From NCBI RefSeq assembly GCF_964204645.1, contig NC_134027.1, positions 7,844,485 to 7,908,484 on the forward strand: DNA of 64,000 nt, read 5' to 3'. Origin of the DNA: Tubulanus polymorphus (taxonomy: Eukaryota; Animalia; Nemertea). Positions 12,443 to 25,422 of the stretch are shown one piece after another (within the stretch, counting starts at the first letter, position 1; every line of letters starts with the position of its first letter). Below the pieces are notes generated by a model. It did no database searches. It saw nothing but the letters and a program-made list of their open reading frames with translations, and was not told the origin of the DNA. A program made the position numbers and the translations under genes.

Positions 12443-13543
12443 TTACATACGGCTATAGGCACCTCCATAGTTCTGGCCTCGCACTATGGCGAATGCTTCC
12501 TCGGTCATTTCATTATAGTCAACGTTGACACGAGTTGGACAGCATATCGACTTCACTTCGCGCCTAAACCAATCCAACGTAAGAATATAGGCTACGTAAT
12601 TAAAACTATTGTTCATGTAAATGAGTCTATTCACGAAATCGTAGGCTGCATATAATAGATCGTTATCCGGGTCGGATTTTTGCATGTCAAACTGAAACTT
12701 GATTAGGTCTAACGCGGCAGCCGGAATCACGCAGACAAGATATAACATCGAAATCACCAGTAATTGTTTTATGACCTTCATTTCGCGGTCTTGCCTCTCA
12801 AGATCAACGGGATCGGTTGGATCGTCGCGTTTTCGTTTGGCCATCAGCGCCCATATGATTATTCCGTTGCCAATACATACAAGAAACACGGGAAGGAGGT
12901 ATATCACGAAAAACAATAAAAACGGCCCCAAAAAAGAAATAGTTCCTTGCGATTCTTTGTATCTGTATTCACACTCGATAGAGTAGCCGTCATCGTCGAT
13001 GTCGTAGGTTACCAAAACGGGAATCAGAATTAATATACTCAAAAGCGCTACCAAAGCAATAGCGATTAGTCTTTTTCTTCGTGTCAGCCACATGATCGTA
13101 TGCGATATACTGACCGAAACGACTCTTTCGAACGTGAACAACGCTATTATCCACGATGCCGAGAATCCGCCCACCCATCCTAGATACGATAGAATCTTAC
13201 ACGATGCCGGCGTAGAAAGGATATTTGTTCTTATATTATCAGCGCCTCCGATCGCACTGGGCATGTCCAAATGTAGCCACGTAACCATCGCGCCGAATAC
13301 CAATAAAATTAGATCGGCAACGCAAAGTGGTAATAAGTAATCTAGAACATCTTTGTGACGTAGTTTCCTACTCCTGATGAAGATGTAAAGCGAACCGGCA
13401 TTTCCGACTATCCCTTGAATGTAGCAAACTGGTGCTATGTATCCTACAAATACCATTAGAATATCTCCAAATGCACTATGTCCATTGGAAGGGGGCACAC
13501 TCGTGCCATTCGATCCGTTCATCTTGAATGTTTGTTTTTCCAT
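12443..13543 (-). CDS. Intronless class A GPCR, right copy, 366 aa (359 aa from the Met shared with the left copy)
   Basis: Paralogue of 7298-8377 with 11 amino-acid substitutions and two single-codon indels. An extra upstream in-frame ATG adds MEKQTFK. Confidence 0.93.
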   Translation of the reverse strand: MEKQTFKMNGSNGTSVPPSNGHSAFGDILMVFVGYIAPVCYIQGIVGNAGSLYIFIRSRKLRHKDVLDYLLPLCVADLILLVFGAMVTWLHLDMPSAIGGADNIRTNILSTPASCKILSYLGWVGGFSASWIIALFTFERVVSVSISHTIMWLTRRKRLIAIALVALLSILILIPVLVTYDIDDDGYSIECEYRYKESQGTISFLGPFLLFFVIYLLPVFLVCIGNGIIIWALMAKRKRDDPTDPVDLERQDREMKVIKQLLVISMLYLVCVIPAAALDLIKFQFDMQKSDPDNDLLYAAYDFVNRLIYMNNSFNYVAYILTLDWFRREVKSICCPTRVNVDYNEMTEEAFAIVRGQNYGGAYSRM

Positions 13544-14074
13544 ACAACGATAGTCAAAATACGTGTTTCCCGGTCAGAGGTTACTTGAAAATTAAACCAT
13601 GGCCATCGTACTATGACAAAACAAACTCGTTCCTGCACAGGCACGAACGTTACGCACAGGTGGCATCAGAAATAGTTTTATTAATTCGGGTTATAAACTG
13701 TAAAGATATTTTCTTTTCGTCATTATCTATGTTCTTTGATCTGTAGAAGTTCGTAGTAAGAGTAAGCTTCATCAGATAATTCCAGTATGATATTATTATA
13801 CATTTCTCACTATTCCTACAATAACCTCCACGTGTTATGTACAAATTTGTAGAAAATTTAACAAATTAAACCGACTTTTTATTCGAAAACTGAGTGTTCG
13901 TTAATATTTTCGGTGGTTTTCATCTTAAGTCTCTTTCTCTCTTGAGCCGATGGATAAAGAATTAAAAGTCAAGCTCATGTTCATCAAGTTAAAACAAATG
14001 CCACCAAAAGAGCGAATGAATTTCTGAGCAATGGTAGAATAGCCCGTACACTCCGACGTGGAGGACATATAATG

Positions 14075-14268
14075 ATAAACTCACTATATAAAGAAATTAA
14101 GAGATTCAAACGAATTTCGTTTATCACGAATTGAAATCAAAATATACGACGTTTCGAACTCTCACTGGAGATCATCGTCAGGTGTGAGGACTTACACCTC
14201 ACACCTGTATTTTCGTTTTATTTCTTGATAATCAAAATTCAATTTTAATCTTTTACAATCTAGTTTAT
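14075..14268. mobile_element. Fold-back element with a minimal hammerhead-like core, right copy
   Basis: Duplicate of 8955-9148. Minus strand reads cacacCTGACGATgatctccagtgagagttcGAAACGTC. Perfect 11-bp hairpin caggtgtgagg-acttaca-cctcacacctg. Confidence 0.65.
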
Positions 14269-14592
14269 ACGTCCACGTCATCGCATATTGGCCATCACGC
14301 TGTGACATTTTACTTAGTTAGCGGTCAACTACATGACATAATAGCGCATAATGCACGATAATAGCAGGATACAGCAACTCCGTGACTCAATCAGAATAAC
14401 AGCGACGGCAATTTCCATTTAATCACCAAAGTTCAAATCAGTTATGATACAGAAATATAGAGTTTCAGATCTTAAAACAAAGTTTTAATTAATTACAATA
14501 CAAGAAAAATTAAACATCAATACACCAGGCTTATCATTTGACCACCATAGACCTGCATATTTATATGGACTACCCAAAATAATAGGAATTAA

Positions 14593-15039
14593 TTCGCTGG
14601 GGATATATTTCTTCATTATCCATTCAATCTGGGGGAATTAATTTTTTCTTCATATTTCAATGTAAAGGTCGATACATTTCCAGTGTAGAGACCCTCCTAA
14701 AACCAATATCTGTTATGAAGCTAATAGGTATCTCTACCAGAAAATGTTAGTTATAAAAAGTTTGGACCTACGGGTGCAAGGTAGGACCCCCAAAACCTGA
14801 GGTCAAGTTGAGGTCACGCAACCAAAAAAGTCGCCGACAACCAGTACATACTGCCTGTGTGTGTAGAGTATATACAATCGCTTGTGAGCTCTCTATAGAG
14901 CATGCTGACTCAGTGTCAGCAGCCAGGCTCGACTAGTTTGCCATCTATCGGGGGTAATAGGAACCGTCACTTGAGGCGTGACCACGACCTAGTCTCTTAG
15001 TTTAAGCTGTCACGTGAGGCGTGACGACGCCAACTGAAG
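14593..15039. mobile_element. Copy-specific 447-bp segment with Helitron/Helentron (HINE)-like features
   Basis: Absent from the left copy, which has only 2 bp between the same flanks. Contains the hairpin gctgac-tcagt-gtcagc ~12 nt before CTAGTT (14933-14938), a gaggtcaagttgaggtca motif and a direct repeat gtcac(t/g)tgaggcgtgac. Confidence 0.45.
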
Positions 15040-15929
15040 AGTTGAGTATTTTGATTCATCTAAATCATCAATTATCATTGTTATCAAGTTAATTTTCGAT
15101 CACCTATTGAATATTTTTTCGATTATTTCGAATGTCTAATCAGTATTTAGACTTTTACTCAATTTTTCTTAATTTTCTTCCGTGAAATGTAGTCTACGAG
15201 GAAATTCAAACCAAATACACTTTGCCTAAACAGCGTATTAAATCTGATTAAAACTGATTCACATTTATGGTTGAAAATTTTCAAACTTTGATTAGTTTTA
15301 AATGAAAGGAAGTCTTGACGTATTTTCCAATCGACGCTTCTTTTGATTTGACGTTTTTCAGTGCTCCGGCAACCCGAGGGCTGTTTAAAGAATAGAGCAA
15401 AACGCTGTTGTAATCTATTTTAAGTTTGTCGACAGAAATTTGATAATGGCATTTTCTTTTGGGTATTGAGGTTGACTGAAATTCCAATTATGCGTTTGCT
15501 TGTGTTGTCTGGTCATTGATTTCTAATTTCAATCGAATCTGGATGTCATCTGCCATAAAGAGCTGACGCTGATTAATTCCTCTAGGTGCTACTCCATAAA
15601 TCGAGGAGCGACGTTAGGTCGTTATGTACAGTATTCCAAACAACGTTTTTCGCCATGCCAAAGACAGCCTCAACTTTTATCCTAACAGATCATTGCGGTA
15701 GATTTTAACTACTTCTACGTGCACCTTGATTATTCATTCTTTATCACAGAAAAGATCCAAAAATGATGTCTATCATTTCCCAATTCATGAACACCAGTAT
15801 TCTCTTTCTCACAGTCGATACATACATGTTTGAACTATGAAAATGTCACGAAACAGATTTCAAATTAGGGAAAGACCACGAAGGTTTGCAAATAAATTTT
15901 GGCTTTGTAGCTATCGATGTGTGATAGTC

Positions 15930-18900
15930 TTAATTTTCTTTGCGGCTGTCCGTGGAATCGTAGTTATTGGCGTCCGATACGTCCTGACTGCCTAGAATAT
16001 TTGTCATCTCCTCATTGGGTCCATGGAGTTCCCGATTAGCCGCTAAATCTGGATACATGCTCTTAAAAATCAACCATCGTAATCGGAAGAGTTCGTGCAG
16101 TAACACTTGCACCAGTATCGAGCATATTAGCGTCAGGATTATTGTAACTACAACTACACCGGGTCGAGTCCAGTCGAGGACCTTGTATAACAAATGATTG
16201 CCTTTGGGACCTTCTCCGCGCAGAGCGAAGTATAGAGCGTTGAAACCGATGTAAAACAATCCGAGCGAAATCGGATAGACGAAATGTAGAAGTCTGACTG
16301 GATCTCCTGATATGAATAAATCGATTATGACGAGGATAGCACCAAGACTATGTTTTATCTCACTTCCGGTTGTCTGGAAGTACCCTGAAATAATGGACAA
16401 AAGGGGATTAAATCATTTCATAGTAATAGTCAGAATTCTTATAGATTCTTATAGAAAGGCAAAATATCCTCAATACGACGAAATTCAGATGTTAATGCAA
16501 TATATACGAAAAATATACGGTTAAGTATGAAAAGGTGTTGCTTAAAACATTAAAAACACAACATTGGCCCATAAATCCACGTCCGAAATGGCATACAGTA
16601 CATAGTATTCTAATGAAATAAATCTTACAAGAAGTGTCCATTGTAATTATAAACACCCAAAAACAGATTGAGACCACTATCGAAATGTTCCAGGCTATCG
16701 TATTAAATAACCAGGAACACTGTAGGCCCACCGTAAGACTATCGCGTTGCTGTAGAACTTCTGAAATGATAAATAAGTTAAATTTCATAGGAATCACACG
16801 GATACAATAAATGACGAACTTAAATGGTTTTTTATTTACTTTTTGAATGGCTCTATCTAATCCATATATCTATTTACCTTTATTGCAAACATCGTAGTAT
16901 AGGGTGAGTATTGCTCGGAATATAAATGACAGACACAAAATGAAGAAACTCCAGTTAGTCGCGTATGTAAACCACAGGTGCGGCTTTTCCGGATAGAACC
17001 ATTCGATCTCTTCGACTATGTTTGTGATCAGCCATACTAAAAACCCCAACGCAAGCACCACGCGAAATATACAGTATATGTTTGGTTTCAATCTTGGCCA
17101 CTGAAAGATATAATAAGTTAATATACGTTAATCAACTTTTTAGTGATGAAACAGTTTAAACTCGCGTCCGTGTTTAGCACTGTACATATTATATACTACA
17201 CCTGAAAATGCCAGATTTTTGTTGACATTAGATGGCGTGAGGGTTTAAAATGATATCTTTTTATAATTTAAAATGATGAGAAAAATATCATATACTCGTA
17301 CAGTATACATGTTTCCCTATTCAAAATGATAGACGGAAATTTACATCTAGTTTCGATGACAGGCCACCTTTTCCACAAACTGCATGAAATCGAGACAAAA
17401 TTGAAGCGAATCAAAGCGTAAGAAACGAAATAATACCACATACAATCTGTATGGTACATTTGCAGCACTCACTGCTGTTTCAATAATTCGTCTGTGAACT
17501 CTTTGTAATAGGATTACTCGTCGGCACGAACTTATTATCAGTAATTAGATGACAAGTCACGCGACCGGTTAGATCCACGGCGTAGAGTTCTAACCAAGTT
17601 CACCACTGATAGGATTGTGTAGGACACGACACGGCTTACATTTATTCCGAAATAAATGTACGAACACCCTCGAATGTATAAAAAATCAAAGGGAAACATC
17701 GGGAAGTCATTTGCAAAATGTTCGATCCCTTAAAACTTGCAAAATGGTCAAAATACCTTCAAAACGTCCATTTAGATTTAAAAAAACACCGTGCGCGTTG
17801 AAAAGAGAATATTCATAAAGAATTTATGGTAATTCGGAATTCTTTTAAGAATTTGGTTTCTCAAGTCGGAAAATCAATCCGTTGATGGTACTGCAAGATC
17901 GGGATAATGGACTGGGGTTAGTACAACTCACGATTCCCAGTAATGGATTAAGAGTAAGAAGAATCTTATCTAATGGAACGCAACCCGTTTGTGAAGTATT
18001 AATGGCTTTGCGTTTCGCGATCAAAAACCCGATGAAAATAAGAATAATGAGAGAGAATTTAGTCTTTATCATTGGTAGCGATAAACGATTTAACTCGATG
18101 GTGCGTATCTTCGTGATTATACTTTGCAACCTGAAATCTGCATGAATTTCTTTAGTTCAACGTAGCCTCCCCGAATCAGATTTCCTCATCGTCTGTGAGT
18201 ATGGTTGTAGCACAGTTGCCATTTTACTCGTACACAGTTGATCAGGAACGTTTTTCCTTGATTAGCGAATAAAATATTTAGAATGTCTCTAGTCCCCTGG
18301 AGTCCTAAGTTCACCTCCATAAGTGGATTTGCTTTTTATTTTCTATTTGTTTGGTTTTGATTTTCTTTTTACTTATATAGCCTAAAGTTATATTCATATC
18401 AACTATTATCCAGCTATACCGGTAAAAACATTGCTCATTGCTGCCCATAAGAATATCCATATGATATCCATGGGTACTTCGTTTACCTTATAGTTGATCA
18501 ACGAGATTATGAACAACATAGTCATGAAAATGAACGTTTTCGCGACAATACTAAAGCTACGGATATGTGAACAGCTTGTGAAAACATTTGTATCAGCAAA
18601 CGAATGACTAGCATTAATAATTAGCAACAGTGAGGCTCACGCGTGTTGGTGCTTTATGTCGCGTGCATACCTGAGAATATTTTCCGTACAATAAAAATCA
18701 ACTGCCTCGAATTTTGGTATTACACGAATTAATGCTCTTTTGTCCCGCTGAAATATTTAATTTACAAAGCCAGCTGTTTCCACGCAAATATTGGAGCACT
18801 TATTCATACACGTGGTTCTGACTACCTGAGCTGATGATAAACTTTTATTAAACTAACTTAACATCGTAAATCAAATCGGTCTGAAAAATGGATAATTTTG

Positions 18901-21900
18901 TGTTTCCCCCGAGCCAGGTTTTATGAATCAGTTCCTCTTAACGGTATTCGTTTATTAATTTTTTGAACACGATGCCGTGATGAAGTTTTTCGGATATCGT
19001 TACTGATCTTTAAGTCTCTTGCTCAGCAATTCAAAAACTATCTTGTTACAACGCCTAGTAACTGATGATGACAGAAAAAGAACTATTTCTTGGAGGTTAG
19101 GAATCTTTATTCAGACTACCGTGTTGATCTACGTGTGGTGTGGGTGGCTTTTTGAAGCACTATCTGAAATATTTCACTATTCAAACATAGACCGATATGT
19201 CAACATAATCAATATGCGCTATTGTCACAATTATCACATCGACACAGAAAATAAACGTTGAAAATCTACGTTTTAACATTTGTTTAGAGTTTTCTATAAC
19301 TTCACAAAGAACTGACAATATTACTACAACGTTAAAATTCTGTTCTATTGATTATGTTGATCAATTTAGAATCAGACTATTGACTAAATCATCGATGGTA
19401 ACGTATTGGCGAGCCATTAAAATGTCAGTCAATTTCTTTTTATCGATATCAACGAAGCTTCAATACATTCATTTTTAATCGTTCGAAGAATGTACATTAT
19501 ATACAATTATTTCCGATCGGACTGGATAAAACAGTACAGGTTTATTTATGCGTCCGATATTATGCGATAAAAAAGTCGTATCCGTGGGCTTCTGAGGTAT
19601 TCTTTTGCAAAACAGAAAGAACCGAGATCAACCAGCTAGGCAAAGAAGATCGTGCTCCCAGTCCATATTGTTGTACTTGATCAAATCGTTCGGTCTAAAC
19701 ATCGTTTGATCACGCGTATAAAAAAGATACCCTTAACGAAGTGGCAAGAAAAACTTTGAAAAGGCTACGTGAGGTTATAGTGGTCTATTTCAAGAAAGAT
19801 ATATCACCTAGTTGCAAAAGTCGATTCTCTATTGGGATTAATTTGTGCAAACATGTTACCACTCTAGAATGAAACTTGGTTACAGTCTTAAAAATGTTCC
19901 AGATTTATCGACCATTCTTATACAATCATATACATGAAGTATGAATTAAATCAATTCAAAAATGCAAATGTTTGTCTTAAATGCATATGCATAACATGCC
20001 CGATATTCAATGTGTGTGTATGTATTTGAAATCCATATGTACAATATTTTGATACGTCAATATACTGTACGGGCATTTCATGCGTATAATAATTATATCA
20101 TGACTCTCATACCCTGCTTCTATACTTGTTGACACAGCGACGTGAATGAAATCTGAAATCCGATCATTTTGTCAAAACCAGTGTTTGCTCTCCGTTATCA
20201 GTAGCCTGCTTAATGGCAGTGAACAGAACATAGCGTAAACACCTGGATACGAAACAAACTTTAAAAAAAGTTCTTTGATAACGTTTTATTGCGTATTGTG
20301 ATACATGTATAGATCATTAACCTGCATGTTGAAAAAAAATCGCTACATCGGAATCGATTTTTTTTCATTTTACAATTACATTCAATTGTCTTATGCGCGT
20401 TAGTATTAATCACGTCAAGCTCTCAAACTCTCAAGCGATATACCCGTACAAAAATGCGTTTCATTCGTTTTCACAAATAAGCCAACCTCAAAGTTAGGAC
20501 TTTTACAGAACTGCTTCGTTTGTTTGCTCTTCATTTACGGCGAATGTTTCAAAATCAATTTTTTGTATCATGTGAACGGTTAACAAATTGAATCAGTGCA
20601 TTAAGATCAGTGCTGGATTTACATTTACTAGATTTCAATAGCGATAATATATGCGCAGAGATCAAAATTCCCATCGGCGCATTAATGATAAAATGGACTC
20701 ACAATATTCGATTCCATATGGGATTGCGCTAGCGGTATTAATGCTTGGGAAATACAATAGTCTGTGAGACTTTCACTCAGAGCCAGTTTCTGAAATATAA
20801 AACCGTCCATTCGCCGAGAGACTAATAGCCCACGAGCATACTAATTAAGCTATTACGTAACTCTTCAGAGGTCATAGCAGCGATGAAATCAACCGCATCA
20901 TCCACGTTTGATCCCGAAATCTCAAGCCACGTGACGTTTATATCCAACACAATCGTTCATTAAAAATATTTGCAAGCTCATGAGAGTTTAACGCGCGTAC
21001 AAACCAAAAATTGACGATAGACGCCATGGCACATAACATGTTTAAAATCAACAACGTCATCCTCATTTCAATCAAACCATTTCCGAAAAATAGTGAGTCC
21101 TCGTTGATTAAAGACGCTGTGAGAATATAGTATGCCATTGAAGCTTGAGAATTCGTAGCTGTATTGCCAGGCACACGATGACGTCATGATGAATTACTGG
21201 AGGTGAGCTCGAGACTACTTAGAACCATAATGAAGCCAATGTCGTGGTATCGACGATACGTTTTCGTCAAACAGCTGACAGTGTCGTTTCATCGATAATT
21301 TCTCTCCGAATTGCGAACGCGTGAATGGCAATGTATCTTTTTTTACCGAGTCTCTTCAAGTGATGCTGTGGCGAAGTAATTTCATCAGATCTTGTCATTT
21401 ATCCAATCCATTTACTGTGCGCATAAGTTATATACCGTTGTGTATCTCGTAAACGTGTCTGGCAAGAAACAAAATGCAGTAGTGATAAAGCCCACGCACG
21501 AAGGAAATTAAACGTCAGTCCATGCTGTAAGACGGGATGGACCTTGTACGAAAATCATTTCAATCTCGGACGAGACTGGCCGCATCAACCAGGAAGTAAT
21601 ACTTCAACAGAATCTCCACATTTTGAGTCATAACGACATACTTATTCACCTTGGTGTAGACCTTGGTCGGACGAAAGGCAGGCTCATAAACAAAACGGGC
21701 TCATGATAAATCACTTGACTGATTTATAATTAGATAGAATCCTTAGAAGCGTCGTCAAAACTCTCCAAAATAACTGGATTCCGTCTAGGACGAACGAACG
21801 TATGAACGAAAAGACGGATGTTGGACGAAAAGTGAACAAAATAGCCCGCTGGGACTCAAGTCCCAAGTTGGTTAAAAATGAATTCATCTAGATAGTATAT

Positions 21901-23366
21901 GGTTGATGGTTGATGGTTGAAACAGAATTTTGGATCGGATGATACGACATGAAATAACGTGCGACCATTTGATCAATTTTGTTCGAGTATTCTAATGACG
22001 TGCGCAATTTTATGTAGCATTGGTCGAGCACACATTTGAGAAAGAAAATTACGATATGTCACATAGTTCCATTTTATCGCAGAATGCATTATGAACACCT
22101 GGCAATAATTGCTAAGCTACGTTTTATGCGAGCATAGCTGTGATCTAATGCTACTGCGGTTTCGTCTTATATGTAAATTCAATCGGTCACTGAATGTCAC
22201 CATGACTAACAGACGATGGTTATTATTGTTTACTGCATTTTCTAAAAAAAATCCTAGAAATATGTGCGTATACAAATAGGCCTTTCATTTATTGAAAAGT
22301 AATATTGGCCAACAGACAGACGTGCATAGGGTATAGGTGTAGTAGTAGGCATAAAATGACAGCCATTCGGATGAGTTAAGCAGATGGCGAATTTCATATC
22401 ATCCAGAATTAAACTACATGCAAAATCGTGGTTATTATGCTATTTACAATGATAACGAATCCGTCCGAATCCCTAATTTAATCATCATGAATATCATGTG
22501 ATGTGTATGATGATATATTTGTCTGTGAGCCTTCGTATTACACAGTTTATTAGCATATTGATCATATGAATTTCAAATTAATTCGCCTTTTAAAAGCATA
22601 CTCCGATCAACACTTAAACCACTTATAATTGATCGAATTAATCTGCCAGATGGAAAATTTTCGACAAAAATAGATAATACATCAATACTCCGTTCTTTGG
22701 AAATAATAATTCAATATGATTGATTTAGGCTGATTCAGGATCAGATTGAGGATGATGAAAGCTATAGAATCTCTAAACAGGCAAAAATATTACTCTTACA
22801 ACACAGAAGCACAATCATATTTCCTGAGATTCTAGAGGAATGTCCATTAGCCAACAGGACGATTTAAATTTCTATTTCATTTCTTATAATCAACGTAGTT
22901 TGTTTACTGTAAAAACAACAATTATTTACATAGCTCTTTTGTTCGCATGTTGTATCAGATATGCGGTATTTTGTATACTTATGCTACTTGTAGAAAAACT
23001 TACAGACTATTGACCTGTATTCATAGACAATACTACGTTGAATTTCATTTTCTTCAACGATTAATCATAGGCCTGCTTTTTAAATCCAAGATCCGAATTT
23101 TGTTTTTTCATATTCCGGAAATTTCATAAACATTTGACGTTATAAGGTACATGAAACGCCCCCTGAAGTTTCGAACTTCAAATATTAGGACAATTTAAGA
23201 ACATTCAAGTACATTTCAAGGATTCAGAGCTGCGATTAAAAACAACTTTTATACTTACTTGTGAGCGGACGAAGTCTGTGGGATACTGATATTTTAATCC
23301 GATATTACTTGGATGGAATTCACGATCCAGGCAATTCAAACAACAGTCGTAATGATCTTTTCCCAT
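15930..23366 (-). CDS. rost: Protein rolling stone-like (multi-pass membrane protein), 4 exons, ~305 aa
   Basis: Exons 23259-23366 (MGKDH...EFHPSNIGLKYQYPTDFVRSQ|gtaagt), 16878-17100 (WPRLKP...YATNWSF), 16629-16760 and 15930-16384 (HSLG...IDLFISGDPVRLLHFVYP...YKVLDWTRP). Phases 0/1/1 are consistent; 918 nt total. Motifs are typical of the rolling stone family. Confidence 0.88.
21587..21879 (+). mobile_element. Non-autonomous Helentron/HINE-like element in rolling-stone intron 1
   Basis: Degenerate (ACGA/ACGG)n microsatellite at ~21790-21830, followed by the terminal stem-loop tgggac-tcaa-gtccca and taaaaat. The left boundary is approximate. Confidence 0.5.
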
Positions 23367-24326
23367 CTCTTCAGCGACTTTGATGTTGAACTCCTGGGAT
23401 CTCTGGTCTAACAATGAGCAGGTTGAAAAGTAACGCGTATCAAAAATGTTCACGCGTGCGCCAACGCGACTCTTTCAGTGATGGCTTGATTAAAGTACGT
23501 ATAAATAAGTTATCCTTGTGGTGTCGCGGAATTCATCTGGACACCGGGAGTCGCTGATTTTACACTATTCTATTCCAAACCGTATCTATCAGCTGTTGTA
23601 CCCCTGAACAGTTTAGCAGGTGGGACCCAGCGGTAATGTAATTCCAGATGTGTCGTCGCGCAGCCTGTAGGCTAGATCACGCACAACTCGCTCTTATCTT
23701 ATTAGGTCATGCAATGAGCAATTATTTATCACAGTTAAATGAGTGCACACAGCGTTTGCGATGCTAAATAACGTGCCATTTGTCGGGTTAATTGATAATT
23801 ATTTAATGAGACCTACTTGTCACATGTATATTTCTACATCCTTAGGGAGTTGTTGAGATAAAATAATGAGTTAGACTTCTCTGAGGATACCGTTAGATGG
23901 TTCACACAGTCCTGGTAGAGTGGTTGTTTCCGCAGAGATCTCCGTCGCTCTACGATCGTGGTGGTACATCAGACACTGAGGCTCTTGGTGAATTAGATGG
24001 TTGCATTGATACGTAGAATGAGTTAACAATACCAGTCTCATATAGTACATATAGTACGTCTAAGACGGATCACTTAGAACCATATTAGTTTTGTCTAACA
24101 TTTCGGTGTTTCCGAAAGATTTTCATTTTAGTCAAATGGGTAACACATACTTTCCATATAATATGTCAATATTCTAATTCCCAGCACCTGAACATGTAGA
24201 TATTCTTTAGAAATTCGACGTGCATTCGATTTCATGATAGAAAACCGTAAATGAGCAGGAAGAATAAAATGTACATTAGTTTCATATGGCGCGATGATAA
24301 AATATCAAGTCACCAGATGCACCATT

Positions 24327-24542
24327 ATGGTCGTTGATTCGGGCCACGTAAGAAACAATGACACACGTTGCAATTTTTTTTACATACGCCACAAAGTCTA
24401 AACGCGGTAATTTTCGCTTTATCGCGCTGTTTTCTGTTTTGGCGTTGAAATAAAACGCTCTATAATGAAAAAACTCGTTTTATCGCGTTAAGTTTTGCAA
24501 CGTGCGTTTGATTTTCTTTTACATGGCCCCCGAATCAGCCAT
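24327..24542. mobile_element. MITE with ~24-bp imperfect TIRs (ATGG..GATTCGGG..CA(C/T)GTAA)
   Basis: Left atggtcgttgattcgggccacgtaa; right ttacatggcccccgaatcagccat; internal tttatcgcg repeats. A third TIR-like word, atggtgcctgattcggga, starts at 24555. Confidence 0.65.
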
Positions 24543-25422
24543 GGTGGCTGTCATATGGTGCCTGATTCGGGATACACCAACACAGAATATATAACACTCT
24601 CAATCTCCAGCAATTGTTTGAAACATTTTCTACTTTGTGTTTTAACGCCACCATATTCTAAGTGAACGATTTTCATTTGGCAATCACTATATAGCCATGC
24701 ACCACGGTACGGTGTGGAAGACAGTCGTTTCTTTTGACGCAAACATTTATCGGATGTTCGTCACATGACAAAAGCATGGCTGCATTGGGTCTATCAACCT
24801 GGATCTTACCGGACATACTGTACCAATACAGATAGCAGGATATGAGGTGTATATCGGATTTGGGATTTCAGATTGGATGGGCGTTAAAAACGCACGCGCG
24901 ATTGTTGAACCTTGGTCGATCTGATACAAAACGGGAGACAGAATTTCTATCTTGATAATGGAAACGAAAGTGTTTGCAGCTATAAGGAACTTCGAAAACG
25001 GTTTCCAGCGAACAGTAGATTTATTTCAACTTTCACATCATTGACTACAAAATTCAAATAATGCAACGGTATACTTATACTATGGACCCTATGTGAATAA
25101 TTCATATTCTGCGTACACTTTTTGATGATATATAGCCTTTGAAAATTATAGGTCTATGATTACATAGAACATAATAGTTCAAAATGCAAATAGAATTAAT
25201 TTCTTTCGCAACATTTCGTTCGCGATTACATAAAACATTGATTATTATGATATGATACTTCCAAATTTACTCAACAGAAAAGAACTCCGACCAAGCGTAA
25301 ACATACGAGGGTTCTAGGCTGATCAGCCGAACAATGCCATAACACATGCATAAAATCGCAGGATCGTTCGTTTTTCAGCCACTGTATCACGTTAAAACTG
25401 TTTTGCGCGTTCAATTCATGTT

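Larger units (their letters stand above)
12228..17665. repeat. Segmental tandem duplication, right copy
   Basis: Same start and end words as 7071-12103. Carries ~447 bp (14593-15039) that is absent from the left copy. Confidence 0.95.

Noticed and set aside
17199-17230. Nearby mini-exon MSTKIWHFQ as the rolling-stone first exon
   Set aside because: Weak donor, and the ATG is absent in the other copy; the exon at 23259-23366 has family-typical sequence and a consensus donor.
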